Below, piece after piece: positions 18,765 to 28,884 of a stretch of DNA of 62,569 nucleotides; positions within the stretch are counted from its first letter, which is position 1; each line of letters opens with the position of its first letter. This stretch comes from a bacterium (GTDB taxonomy: Bacteria; Calescibacteriota; Calescibacteriia; Calescibacteriales; Calescibacteriaceae), in the NCBI GenBank assembly GCA_030550715.1, contig JAUQOU010000007.1, positions 1 through 62,569 of the forward strand, read 5' to 3'. The notes beneath the pieces were generated by a model that saw only the letters and a list, made by a program, of their open reading frames with translations, made no database searches and had not been told where the DNA came from. The position numbers and the translations under genes were made by a program.

Positions 18765-20102
18765 GTGAATATAGCTCCGAAAAAATTTTACGGAAAACTT
18801 TTCATGTTCTTTTTTCTAATATCTTACTGCTCAAAAAAAATTCCGGAGTGGATAGAAAGCCCCTATAAAAAATTTGACGAAAGAAGGTTCATAGTAGGAG
18901 TAGGGACAGGAGAGAACACAAAAATTTCCGATTCATCTGCGAGAAATGAAATCTTGAAGCAGATCAAAGTGAAAATAAAGGAGATAGTGGAAGAAGAAAC
19001 ACATCTCAAATCAGAAGATAAAGGCAAGAGTGTATCAATTCAGGAGTTTGCTCAGAGAAAATTCGGAGAGAGCGCAGAAGGGATACTCAAAGGCGCAATA
19101 ATAAAAGAAAGATTCTACGACTCAAAAAATAAAGTTTGGTACTCACTTGCAGTTATAGATAAAGATGAAATAGCTTTCAGAGCGTCTGAAAAGCTCAACG
19201 AATCAGATATGGAAGCACTTGGAATCTTGAAAAAAATAGAAAGAGAAATAGAAGAAGAAGGAAAAATTGATTACCAGAAAGTTCTCGTAGCAATCTCAGA
19301 AGCAGAGAAAATAATAGAAAATACCGCAGAAAACAAAATAATTCTTGAACTCCTCGGAAGAAAATATGCGCTCATTTCAGAAGAAAAAATAAAAGATATA
19401 AAAGATAAAATTGAGAGCCCCGATATAAAAGTTGAAGGAACTGAAAATCTGCTGGAGCCCATCGGTGAAATAGAGATTTCAGCAAAGACATACTCAGATA
19501 GCAAACCAATAACCGGACTACCCATAACCGTAAGAATAAATGAAGTGTTCGGAAGAAAAGAAATCACCCTATCAACAGATAGCAAAGGATATGCGTCTTT
19601 ATCTCAAATTGTATTTTTGAAACCCGGAGAGAACCAGATAAAAATAGTAGCTGGGAAAAAGAAAGAAGTAGTTTTCAACGTGAAAGTCGGGAGAGGTTCT
19701 TTCAGAACTCAAACTGATTTCAATTTTCTCAAAGAAAAAATAAACCGCTGTCTCACAGACTCAGGAATAAGAGTGGGAGAAAATATAGATGAAAAAGCAA
19801 GTGATAGCGAAAAACCAGTTGAAATAAAAATCATCGGGGACATAAAAAGCAGAGTGAATTACTCGGGTAAAGATTTCGCAGGAGAAGATATTTTTATATC
19901 AGAAACATCAATAAACCTTGATTTTCGCAACCCAAAGGGAGAAAAATTATACGAAAAGAGCTTTTTCGGAAGGGGGATAGGAAAGCGAAAATATGAATCA
20001 ATTCTTAACTCTCTTGAAAATGCGTTAGGTCAAATGTGTGAAGGAAAAATCAGCATAACAGAAAAAGAACTTGATTTACTTATCAGAAATCTCAACCTCT
20101 GA
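18765..20102 (+). CDS. Hypothetical secreted protein (LPP20-like N-terminal region?, Ig/CarboxypepD_reg-like middle)
   Basis: GTG start and a hydrophobic signal ending in Cys (FFFLISYC). 'RFIVGVGTGEN...SSARNEILKQIKVKI' is reminiscent of LPP20-type lipoproteins. 'GLPITVRINEVFGRKEITLSTDSKGYASLS' is a beta-sandwich-like pattern. Confidence 0.45.
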   Translation: MNIAPKKFYGKLFMFFFLISYCSKKIPEWIESPYKKFDERRFIVGVGTGENTKISDSSARNEILKQIKVKIKEIVEEETHLKSEDKGKSVSIQEFAQRKFGESAEGILKGAIIKERFYDSKNKVWYSLAVIDKDEIAFRASEKLNESDMEALGILKKIEREIEEEGKIDYQKVLVAISEAEKIIENTAENKIILELLGRKYALISEEKIKDIKDKIESPDIKVEGTENLLEPIGEIEISAKTYSDSKPITGLPITVRINEVFGRKEITLSTDSKGYASLSQIVFLKPGENQIKIVAGKKKEVVFNVKVGRGSFRTQTDFNFLKEKINRCLTDSGIRVGENIDEKASDSEKPVEIKIIGDIKSRVNYSGKDFAGEDIFISETSINLDFRNPKGEKLYEKSFFGRGIGKRKYESILNSLENALGQMCEGKISITEKELDLLIRNLNL

Positions 20103-20107
20103 GAACA

Positions 20108-21772
20108 TCAGAAAAATATTATGTTGAGCAAGATGAGTATTGTGAGTGAAATCAAAGCCCAAAACTCAGCTTTCTTGAAAAACGGAACGACTCTTTTCTG
20201 GTTTGATTCGCTCTCTGGGTCCAACCCCAAAACGAGCCCTTTTATTTTCTCTTCTGGATTCGGCTTTGTGAAAAAAGAAAGCAAGACCGTTATCAAAAAT
20301 GTTATAAGCCAGCTCCACCAGGCACGCCAGAGGTTCAAACTCATCTCGCTTGCATCACGACTGAATGCTATATATGACGGAGATATAAAGCCCTGCCTGA
20401 CTCCAAAAAACAAAAAGAACGAAAAAATAATCCCTGCGGTAAGACCATAAAATGCAGAAGTCGGAGTAATTCTCTTTGAGACCATACCTAAAAGAACAAC
20501 TGCAAACAAAGGCGCATTAACCCACGAAAAAATTGCCTGAATGTAATCCATTATTGTAGGGAAATTCATAGCCCAGTAAGCGGAAGCTATTGAAAGGAGT
20601 ATCCCAACAAAAGTTGAAATCCTTCCGACAAGAACAAGTTCCTTTTCATCTGCTTTTGGTCTGAAAAGAGGTTTGTAAATGTCTTGTGTGAAGACAGTGT
20701 TGAAAGCGGTGATGTTTCCTGCTTGACCTGCCATAAACCCAGCAAGTAGAGCGGTAACACCAAGACCTATAAGTCCCGGCGAATAGTAATACATGATAAG
20801 AGCAGGAAGAGCAGAATCATAGACATAGTTTCCGTTCTCATCTAAAAGGAGCTTTATCTCTCCTTCCTGAATAAGACGCAGGGCTATAAGTCCGCCGAAA
20901 GAAACAACAAAGGGCAGAGCCATTTTGAAAAATGAAGCTATTATTGGAGCGAGGCGAGCTGACTCAAGGTCTTTGGCAGCAAAAGCTCTCTGAACAACCA
21001 AAAAATCGGTAGTCCAATAACCAAATGAAAGAACCCAACCTAATCCAAGAATAATCCCCATAAATGTTATACCCATAGGATTTTGAGAAGGTGAAAGCGT
21101 ATTTTCCCATAATGAAACCATCTGTTCTGGGAATTCTTTCAGGAAAGAGAAACCACCAAAATCTATTATACCTAATACAGCTACGAAGACAAGTCCAAAC
21201 CACACAAGGAAAAACTGAACAACCTCGGTAAATATAGCAGATGTGAGTCCGCCAAGAGCGGTGTATATGGACACAGTAAGAGCAGAAACCCATATACTCA
21301 CATGCCAATTCCACCCCAAAATCAACTTGAAAATAAGAGCCATAAGGTAGATATTCACACCTGACATAAGAACTGTCATAATAGCAAATGATAAAGCACT
21401 TACAAATCTTACCCTTTCATCAAACCTGAAACTGAGATACCCGGGCAGAGAAATTATGTTTTTTTTGTAGTAAAAGCGCATCATGAAAAGCCCCAAAAAA
21501 AGCATTGCGGGAACCGCGCCTATCCAGTAAAAGTGAGCTGTCAAAATTCCATATTTCAAAGACGCACCCGTCCACCCCAAAATCTCTAATGAGCCAAGAT
21601 TGGCAGATAGAAAAGCAAAGGCCGAAACCAGAGCGGAATTCCTCCGACCGGCAAGGAAAAAGTCCTCATTCCCATAACTCCATCTCCTCAGATAAAAACC
21701 TATCGCGAGAATAAAAACAAAATAAAGAAAAACTATAAGCCAATCCAGAAATTTCAACTCCAACATAACCAA
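20108..21772 (-). CDS. Sodium:solute symporter (SSS/SLC5) family transporter
   Basis: About 13-14 TM segments. 'DFFLAGRRNS', 'GGLTSAIFTEVVQFF' and 'TTDFLVVQRAFAAKD' are SSS family hallmarks. Confidence 0.8.
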   Translation of the reverse strand: MVMLELKFLDWLIVFLYFVFILAIGFYLRRWSYGNEDFFLAGRRNSALVSAFAFLSANLGSLEILGWTGASLKYGILTAHFYWIGAVPAMLFLGLFMMRFYYKKNIISLPGYLSFRFDERVRFVSALSFAIMTVLMSGVNIYLMALIFKLILGWNWHVSIWVSALTVSIYTALGGLTSAIFTEVVQFFLVWFGLVFVAVLGIIDFGGFSFLKEFPEQMVSLWENTLSPSQNPMGITFMGIILGLGWVLSFGYWTTDFLVVQRAFAAKDLESARLAPIIASFFKMALPFVVSFGGLIALRLIQEGEIKLLLDENGNYVYDSALPALIMYYYSPGLIGLGVTALLAGFMAGQAGNITAFNTVFTQDIYKPLFRPKADEKELVLVGRISTFVGILLSIASAYWAMNFPTIMDYIQAIFSWVNAPLFAVVLLGMVSKRITPTSAFYGLTAGIIFSFFLFFGVRQGFISPSYIAFSRDASEMSLNLWRAWWSWLITFLITVLLSFFTKPNPEEKIKGLVLGLDPESESNQKRVVPFFKKAEFWALISLTILILLNIIFF

Positions 21773-21831
21773 AAATTTAATAAAATCTACCCCAAATTTT
21801 TATGATTTTAGTTCGCAGATTTTTTTAATTT

Positions 21832-23304
21832 ATGGAGAGCGGAAACGCAACGAAAAGTTTGAAAGAAGTTCTATTAGGAATTGAAGCAGAATTTTTCGGA
21901 AACCCCGAAATAAAAATAAAAGGAATAGAATATGATTCAAGAAAGGTAAGAGAAGGATGTGCTTTTGTAGCTATCAAAGGAAGCAAAACTGACTCCCACG
22001 ATCTGATAAAAGACATATTCTTCACCAAAAATGTAAGAGCTTTCATAGTTGAAGATCTGGTAAAAATTCCCAAATATGTTTTTGAGAATTCATCTTTTGC
22101 GAAAGTGAAAAGCACAAGAGAAAATCTTGGAAAAATCGCAAGAAACTTTTATGGGCAGAAAACAAAAGTCATAGGCATAACAGGAACAAAGGGAAAATCA
22201 ACCACGGTGAAAATAATAGCAAAATCCCTTTCGCTCCTTGGCAGAAGATGTGGCATACTTGGCTCGGTATGGTGGAAGCTCACAACACCAGAAGCATCTG
22301 ATACACTCAAAATAATGAGCGAATCTTATTTTGAAATCTTCGCAATGGAAGTGACATCAATATCTGTCGTTCAAAAAAGAATTGAAGGTATTGATTTTGA
22401 ATATGGGGCTTTCTTGGGACTTGGAAGAGACCACCTTGACTTCCACAAGACGATGGAAAACTATTTTTCTGCAAAACTTGAATTTCTCAAAAAAGCCAAA
22501 AAGGTTGTAATATTTGAAGATGAATGGGGAAAAAAAGCGGTAGAGATTCTAAAAGGAGAAGGAAAAGAAGTTTTTTCTTTTCAAAAATCTCAGATAGATT
22601 ACAAAGATGGAAAGTTTTTACTGCATTTTAACGGAGAGAGAGCTATGTTCAGACCTAAAATTCTCGGCTCTTTCAACGGTATAAATTACATGACTGCCTA
22701 CATAATACTCAAAGATTTAGGTTTCAGCAAAGATGAAATATGCAATACTTTTGAAGAGATAGAAGGTCCTCCCGGAAGAATGGAAATCGTATCTTATAAT
22801 CCGCTTTCAATAGTAGATTATTCACATACACCTGAATCTTTATCTTCTGCAATAGATGAGTGTTTGAAGTTGAAAAAGGACCAGAACTCACGGCTTTTTG
22901 TAGTTTTCGGATGTGGAGGGGAAAGAGACAGGGGCAAAAGACCCGAGATGGGAAGAGCTTCTCTTAAAGCAGATATTGTTATAATAACATCTGATAATCC
23001 GCGTGGTGAAGACCCTGATGAGATAATAAAAGACATCCTTAGCGGTATAGATGAAGAATCAATAAAAAGTAGTAAAGTTTTTGTTGAACCAGATAGAAAA
23101 AGAGCCATTTTTTTTGCTGTTGAGAGAGCTAATGAAAATGATATAATCTTGGTTGCAGGAAAAGGGCACGAAGAATATCAAATAATCGGAAATAAAGTTA
23201 TCCCTTTTTCAGATAGGAGAACAATTTTAGAAGCACTTGAAAAAAAGCATAAAAACATAAAATATAAAAACAACAAATTTGAGATAAAAACTGATAAGCT
23301 ATGA
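21832..23304 (+). CDS. murE: UDP-N-acetylmuramoyl-L-alanyl-D-glutamate--2,6-diaminopimelate ligase MurE
   Basis: 'IEYDSRKVREGCAFVAIKGSKTDSHDLI', P-loop 'GITGTKGKSTT' and 'ITSDNPRGEDP' with 'VAGKGHE'. Confidence 0.92.
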   Translation: MESGNATKSLKEVLLGIEAEFFGNPEIKIKGIEYDSRKVREGCAFVAIKGSKTDSHDLIKDIFFTKNVRAFIVEDLVKIPKYVFENSSFAKVKSTRENLGKIARNFYGQKTKVIGITGTKGKSTTVKIIAKSLSLLGRRCGILGSVWWKLTTPEASDTLKIMSESYFEIFAMEVTSISVVQKRIEGIDFEYGAFLGLGRDHLDFHKTMENYFSAKLEFLKKAKKVVIFEDEWGKKAVEILKGEGKEVFSFQKSQIDYKDGKFLLHFNGERAMFRPKILGSFNGINYMTAYIILKDLGFSKDEICNTFEEIEGPPGRMEIVSYNPLSIVDYSHTPESLSSAIDECLKLKKDQNSRLFVVFGCGGERDRGKRPEMGRASLKADIVIITSDNPRGEDPDEIIKDILSGIDEESIKSSKVFVEPDRKRAIFFAVERANENDIILVAGKGHEEYQIIGNKVIPFSDRRTILEALEKKHKNIKYKNNKFEIKTDKL

Positions 23305-24080
23305 GATGCATTTTTTTAGATAGAGATGGAACCCTTAATATAGATAAAGGTTATTCAAATAAAATAGAAGACCTTGAAATAATTGGTAATCCAATACACG
23401 AGCTTTACTATCTCAAAAGATTAGGATTTTACATCATAGTCGTATCAAACCAAGCTGGGGCAAAGTTAGGATACTACACCGAAAAAGATGTTGAGATTTT
23501 CAACAAGGAGATTCAGAAAAAACTTTTTTGGCTCATAGATGATTTTTTCGTATGCACCCACGCACCAGATGAAAACTGCAATTGCAGAAAACCAAAAACG
23601 GGACTTATAGAAAAAGCCCTTGAAAAATATGAAATCTCTCTTGAAAACTCTTTCGTCATCGGAGATAAAGTTGCAGACATAGAGATGGGAGAAAAAGTCG
23701 GAGCAAAAACAATTCTTGTACTAACAGGACACGGGAAGAAAGAAATCACAAAAGCCAAACCAGATTTTGTAGCAGAAAACATCACACAAGCACTCCGAAT
23801 GATAAGAAAAAAAACGGAAGATGAAATATTCCCACTATGCGTAAGCTTAAAAAACAATAAAAAACTTCTTGGAGTGATAGATACAAAAGAAAAATCTTTC
23901 TGGATAAAATACCAACTTGAGCCCGAAATCTACAAAAAAATAATAGAAAAAACCATGATTTTTGAGAGAAATCAAGTAAAAACATTTAGAGAAGATATAA
24001 ACAATTACCTCGTCCCAAAAATCGTTGAGAACATACCAGTAGATTTCATTTTAGGGACAGCTCAGTTTGTGAGGGATTAA
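23301..24080 (+). CDS. gmhB: HAD-IIIA phosphatase, GmhB-like (D,D-heptose 1,7-bisphosphate phosphatase), with an extra ~85-aa C-terminal extension
   Basis: 'IFLDRDGTLN', 'VVSNQAG', 'C.H.PDENCNCRKPKTGL' (Zn-binding Cys loop of GmhB), 'IGDKVADIEMGEKVGAKTILVLTGHG'. The ATG overlaps the murE stop (ATGA at 23301-23304). Confidence 0.75.
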   Translation: MRCIFLDRDGTLNIDKGYSNKIEDLEIIGNPIHELYYLKRLGFYIIVVSNQAGAKLGYYTEKDVEIFNKEIQKKLFWLIDDFFVCTHAPDENCNCRKPKTGLIEKALEKYEISLENSFVIGDKVADIEMGEKVGAKTILVLTGHGKKEITKAKPDFVAENITQALRMIRKKTEDEIFPLCVSLKNNKKLLGVIDTKEKSFWIKYQLEPEIYKKIIEKTMIFERNQVKTFREDINNYLVPKIVENIPVDFILGTAQFVRD

Positions 24081-24137
24081 AAATTCTGATAATTTATAAA
24101 GATAGCTCAAAATACATAATTTTTTAGAAATCTTAAA

Positions 24138-26204
24138 ATGGAGCTTTCTCTGACAGCACCTCAAAGCACTCAGCAGGAAGAAAAACCCGAGAGTGAAAAA
24201 GAAATTTTCAAACTCATAAGCACAACAATAAGAATAGTTTGTTCAGAGATGGTGGAGTTCGCAAAGTCAGGGCACCCGGGCGCTCCGCTCGGGCTCGCAG
24301 AAATAGCCACAGTTCTCTGGGGCAAAATCCTGAAAATAAACCCAAAAGTCCCCCTCTGGGAAGATAGAGATAGATTTATACTCTCCGCAGGGCATGCATC
24401 CGCTCTCCTCTACTTAATGCTTCACCTCGCAGGATACGACATAACAAAAGAAGACCTGAAAAATTTCAGAAAGTGGAAAAGCAAAACCCCAGGGCACCCC
24501 GAAGTTGACCAAAAACTCGGAATAGAAACAACCACCGGTCCGCTCGGGCAGGGATTCGGAATGGGAGTTGGAATGGCAATAGCAGAAAGAAAACTCCGCG
24601 AAATCTTCAACAGAGAAAACTACGACATAGTAAATCACTTCATATACGCAATAGTGAGCGACGGAGATATTATGGAAGGAATTTCCTACGAATCAGCTTC
24701 AATAGCAGGTCATCTTGGTCTTGGAAGAATAATTTACCTTTACGATAGCAACAGAACAACAATAGATGGTTCAACAAATCTTACATTTTCAGAAGATGTG
24801 AAAAAAAGATTTGAAAGCCTGGGGTGGCACACACTTGAAATAGATGGACACGATATAGATGCCATAGAACAAGCCATAAAAGAAGCACAAAAGGTAGAAG
24901 ATAAACCATCACTTATTATCTGCCACACTACAATAGCAAAAGGAAGCATAAAGAAAGAGGGTTCATCAAAATCTCATGGAGCACCGCTCGGAGAAGAAGA
25001 AGTAAAAATGATGAGAGAAAAATTCAACTGGAAACTCCCCCCGCTTGAAATCCCCGAAGAAGTCAAAAAGTTCTTTGAGAAAAGAAGAAAAGAATGGGAA
25101 AAAGAATACAAAAAGTGGGAGACAAAATTCAACGAGTATAGAAAAAAGTTCCCCGAAATGGCAAAACTATGGGATAGATTCTTCAAACTCAAAATTCCAG
25201 ATGACCTTGAAAAATTTTTCCCAAAATACGAAAAAGGTAAGAAAATAGCAACAAGAAACGCATCAGGAGATGCAATACAGATACTTGCGGAGAAAATCCC
25301 GAATCTCATAGGTGGGTCAGCAGACCTCGCAGAATCTGTAAAAACATACATAGAAAAATCTTCGTTCTTAAAAAAAGATAGCTTTCAAGGACAAAACATA
25401 CACTTTGGAGTAAGAGAGCACGCTATGGGAGCGATAACTAATGGAATAGCTTTGCATGGAGGATTTATACCTTTCTGCGGAACCTTTCTTATATTCAGTG
25501 ATTACATGAGACCTGCAATACGCCTCGCAGCACTCATGAAAAACAAAGTCATCTTCGTTTTCTCACACGACAGCGTATTTTTGGGAGAAGATGGTCCTAC
25601 TCATCAACCGGTTGAGCACCTCCCGTCTTTGAGAGCTATGCCTAATCTTGTTGTCATAAGACCAGCAGACGCGAACGAAGTACCATACGCGTGGGAAATC
25701 GCCATCAGAGAAAAAAGACCTGTTGCCATAATTTTGACACGACAACCAGTGGAAGTGATAGATAGAGAAAAATACGCTCCACCACACCTTATAAAAAAAG
25801 GCGGGTACATAATAGCAGGAGAAAACATTGAAAACCCAGACCTGCTTATAATATCATCTGGTTCAGAAGTCCCTCTCGCTATTGAAGTTCATGAAAAACT
25901 CAAAGAAGAAGGATTGCTTTCAAAAGTTGTGAATCTTGCAAGCTGGGAAATTTTTGAAGAGCAACCGGAAGAATACAAAGAAAGTATCATTCCGAAATTT
26001 GAAAAAATACCTTTCAGGGTTGTGATAGAAGCAGCATCTTCATTTGGTTGGGCAAAATATGCCGGACCATACGGGCTTTACTTCTGTGTTGATTCCTTCG
26101 GACAATCAGCTCCTTACGAAGTTATAAAAGAAAAGCTCGGATTCACAGCAGAAAAAATAGTTGAAAAGATAAAAGCCGAAATCGTAAAATTCAAGCAAGC
26201 ATAA
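24138..26204 (+). CDS. tkt: Transketolase
   Basis: 'SGHPGAPLGLAEIATVLW', 'WEDRDRFILSAGHASALLYLMLHLAGYD', 'TPGHPE', 'GPLGQGFGMGVGMA', 'SDGDIMEGISYE' and 'GEDGPTHQPVEHL'. Confidence 0.95.
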   Translation: MELSLTAPQSTQQEEKPESEKEIFKLISTTIRIVCSEMVEFAKSGHPGAPLGLAEIATVLWGKILKINPKVPLWEDRDRFILSAGHASALLYLMLHLAGYDITKEDLKNFRKWKSKTPGHPEVDQKLGIETTTGPLGQGFGMGVGMAIAERKLREIFNRENYDIVNHFIYAIVSDGDIMEGISYESASIAGHLGLGRIIYLYDSNRTTIDGSTNLTFSEDVKKRFESLGWHTLEIDGHDIDAIEQAIKEAQKVEDKPSLIICHTTIAKGSIKKEGSSKSHGAPLGEEEVKMMREKFNWKLPPLEIPEEVKKFFEKRRKEWEKEYKKWETKFNEYRKKFPEMAKLWDRFFKLKIPDDLEKFFPKYEKGKKIATRNASGDAIQILAEKIPNLIGGSADLAESVKTYIEKSSFLKKDSFQGQNIHFGVREHAMGAITNGIALHGGFIPFCGTFLIFSDYMRPAIRLAALMKNKVIFVFSHDSVFLGEDGPTHQPVEHLPSLRAMPNLVVIRPADANEVPYAWEIAIREKRPVAIILTRQPVEVIDREKYAPPHLIKKGGYIIAGENIENPDLLIISSGSEVPLAIEVHEKLKEEGLLSKVVNLASWEIFEEQPEEYKESIIPKFEKIPFRVVIEAASSFGWAKYAGPYGLYFCVDSFGQSAPYEVIKEKLGFTAEKIVEKIKAEIVKFKQA

Positions 26205-26262
26205 AATTGATGGAAAATATTTTCTACAATAAAACCTTCGTCAGATATTTTTTCACAAATAT

Positions 26263-26838
26263 TTGTTTTTGATGGAAGAAGAAAAGAGAAGAAAAGTTTT
26301 AATTGAACTTGCGAGAAAGGCAATAGAAAAAACTTTCGCAAACAACAGATTAACTATAACCCCCCTCAGTGAAATCATAGACATAGAAAAAGAGAAAGAA
26401 CTTGCAGAAGCTCTTCGAGAAAAAAAAGGAGTTTTCATCACTTTGAAAAAATCTGGTCAGGTAAGAGGATGTATAGGAACAATCTCAAAAGATGAAATTT
26501 GGATTCAGGTTCAAAAATATGCTGTCTTTTCGGCTTTCAACGACCCGAGGTTTCCCCCTCTTGAAAAAGAAGAGCTCAAAAACATAAAAATAGAAATATC
26601 AATATTAGATGACCCACAAGACATAAAAAGCATAGAAGAAATAGAGCTCGGAAAAGACGGAGTAATTATGGAAGTAGGAGGTAAGGGAGGAGTACTTCTT
26701 CCGGAGGTTGCAGTTGAACACGGAGTGAAAACACCGCAGGAATTCCTTGAAATGCTATGCCGAAAGATAGGAATCCCAAACGACTCATGGAAAAAAGCAA
26801 AAATAAAAAAGTTCAGAACCGAAAAAATAACCAATTAA
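26263..26838 (+). CDS. AMMECR1 domain protein
   Basis: 'GVFITLKK.GQVRGCIGT', 'DPRFPPL' and 'ISILD' are AMMECR1 family signatures. An ATG alternative start lies at 26272. Confidence 0.85.
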   Translation: MFLMEEEKRRKVLIELARKAIEKTFANNRLTITPLSEIIDIEKEKELAEALREKKGVFITLKKSGQVRGCIGTISKDEIWIQVQKYAVFSAFNDPRFPPLEKEELKNIKIEISILDDPQDIKSIEEIELGKDGVIMEVGGKGGVLLPEVAVEHGVKTPQEFLEMLCRKIGIPNDSWKKAKIKKFRTEKITN

Positions 26839-26925
26839 AAGAAAATCACCATTTTATACCCCAAAACCGAAAGAAACAGAAAAATGAAAAATAAAAGGAA
26901 AATTTACTAATATAATATTGATTAA

Positions 26926-28884
26926 ATGGAAGAATCAGAACTTGGAAGGAAAAGAAAATTAGAAAAGGTAACGGTAAAATTCGCAGGTGATTCGGGAGAC
27001 GGGATACAGCTTATTGGTTCTCAATTCACCGTCTCAACAGCAATATATGGGAACGATTTTGCTATTTTCCCTGAATTTCCAGCAGAAATAAGAGCCCCGG
27101 CTGGAACAACCTATGGAGTTTCTGCATTCCAAATACAATTCGGAGCGATAGACATAATGACACCGGGAGACGAACCAGATGCCCTTGTCGCTTTCAACCC
27201 CGCAGCTCTGAAAGTTAACTTAAATCTCATCAAACCCGGAGCGTTAGTAATCCTGAACATTGATGAGTTCGATGAAATAAACTTCAAGAAAGCAGAATGG
27301 AACAGCATAATAAAAGGAGAAGAAAATCTTGATGAAATCCTCTCAAAATACGAAGTGATAAAAGTTCAAATGAACAAATTAGTTATAGACGCTCTCAAAG
27401 ATGTAAATCTTCCTCACAAAGAAAAATTAAGGTCAAGAAACTTTTTTGCTCTTGGTCTTGTATGCTGGATATTCATGCGACCTCTTGAGCCAATTCTCAA
27501 ATTCATAAAAGAAAACTTCGGGAAGAAACCAGAAATAGCTAAGGCAAACGAACTCGCTCTCAAAGCCGGCTACAACTATGGTGAAACCCTTGAAATAAAA
27601 CACAAATTTGTCAAAATAGAAATACCAAAATACAAATTTGAGCCTGGAAAATATAGATACGTTTCTGGGAATGAAGCTTTCGCACTCGGAATCCTCGCGA
27701 TAAAAGAGAAAGCAAAAATCCCCGTTGTTTTCGCATCATACCCAATAACCCCCGCAAGCGATATTTTACACTACCTTGAATCATATAGAAATTTCGGCAT
27801 AATAGCTTTGCAAATGGAAGACGAAATCTCTGCTGTAAATACAGCAATCGGAGCATCTTTCGCAGGAGCTCTTGGAATAACCGCAACAAGCGGTCCAGGT
27901 CTTTCTCTCAAATCAGAAGGAATAAACCTTGCAGTGATGACAGAACTCCCTCTTATTGTCATAGATAACCAGAGGTCTGGACCATCAACAGGAATGCCTA
28001 CAAAAACAGAACAAACAGACCTACTCTTTGCACTCTTTGGAAGACATGGAGAATCACCTCTCATCGTCATAGCTCCAATAAGCGCAGGAGATTGCTTCTA
28101 CTCAATAATAGAAGCAGCAAAACTATCAATAAAATATATGACCCCTGTGATAATACTTTCTGAACTTTACATCGCTATGGGCTCGGAACCCTGGAAAATA
28201 CCAGATATAAATAAAATACCCGATATAGAAGTCAAGTTCTGGAAAGATGGCTCAAAATTTTATCCATACTCAAGAGATGAGAACACGCTTGCGAGACCCT
28301 GGGCAAAACCAGGAACTCCTGGGCTTGAACACAGAATCGGAGGGCTTGAAAAATCACACATATACGGCAGGGTTTCGTATGACCCACAAAACCACGACTT
28401 TATGGTAAAGCTGAGAGCTGAAAAAATAAGAAGAGTTCAGACAGATATTCCAGATGTTGAAGTTTACGGAGAAGAAGACGCAGAGCTTCTGGTTCTTGGA
28501 TGGGGAAGCACATTCGGACACATAAGAGCAGTGGTTGAAAGAGCAAGAGAAAAGGGCTGGCCAGTCGCTCACGCTCACCTGAAATACATTAACCCACTCC
28601 CCAAAAACCTCCCAGATATACTCAAAAAATTCAAAAGAGTTCTTATCCCTGAACTGAACCTCGGACAGCTTCTTCTACTTATAAGAGGAAAATTCCTCGT
28701 AGATGCTGTCGGTTTCAACAAAGTGACAGGAACTCCTTTCAAAGAATCAGAACTCATGATGGCAGTGGAAAAAGAACTTATGAACATGGAAAAAGAAGGA
28801 AAACTCTCAAAGCCAATTCACATACAGGAAGGAAGATTTGAAGAAAAAGAAAAAGGAGGTGCAGTAAAACATGCAACAGCTTGA
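26926..28884 (+). CDS. korA: 2-oxoacid (2-oxoglutarate):ferredoxin oxidoreductase, fused gamma-alpha subunit
   Basis: 'KFAGDSGDGIQLIGSQFT' (N-terminal gamma-type domain), then 'SGNEAFALG...VFASYPITPASDIL' and 'TATSGPGLSLKSEG' pyrimidine-binding domain motifs of two-subunit OFORs. Confidence 0.85.
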   Translation: MEESELGRKRKLEKVTVKFAGDSGDGIQLIGSQFTVSTAIYGNDFAIFPEFPAEIRAPAGTTYGVSAFQIQFGAIDIMTPGDEPDALVAFNPAALKVNLNLIKPGALVILNIDEFDEINFKKAEWNSIIKGEENLDEILSKYEVIKVQMNKLVIDALKDVNLPHKEKLRSRNFFALGLVCWIFMRPLEPILKFIKENFGKKPEIAKANELALKAGYNYGETLEIKHKFVKIEIPKYKFEPGKYRYVSGNEAFALGILAIKEKAKIPVVFASYPITPASDILHYLESYRNFGIIALQMEDEISAVNTAIGASFAGALGITATSGPGLSLKSEGINLAVMTELPLIVIDNQRSGPSTGMPTKTEQTDLLFALFGRHGESPLIVIAPISAGDCFYSIIEAAKLSIKYMTPVIILSELYIAMGSEPWKIPDINKIPDIEVKFWKDGSKFYPYSRDENTLARPWAKPGTPGLEHRIGGLEKSHIYGRVSYDPQNHDFMVKLRAEKIRRVQTDIPDVEVYGEEDAELLVLGWGSTFGHIRAVVERAREKGWPVAHAHLKYINPLPKNLPDILKKFKRVLIPELNLGQLLLLIRGKFLVDAVGFNKVTGTPFKESELMMAVEKELMNMEKEGKLSKPIHIQEGRFEEKEKGGAVKHATA

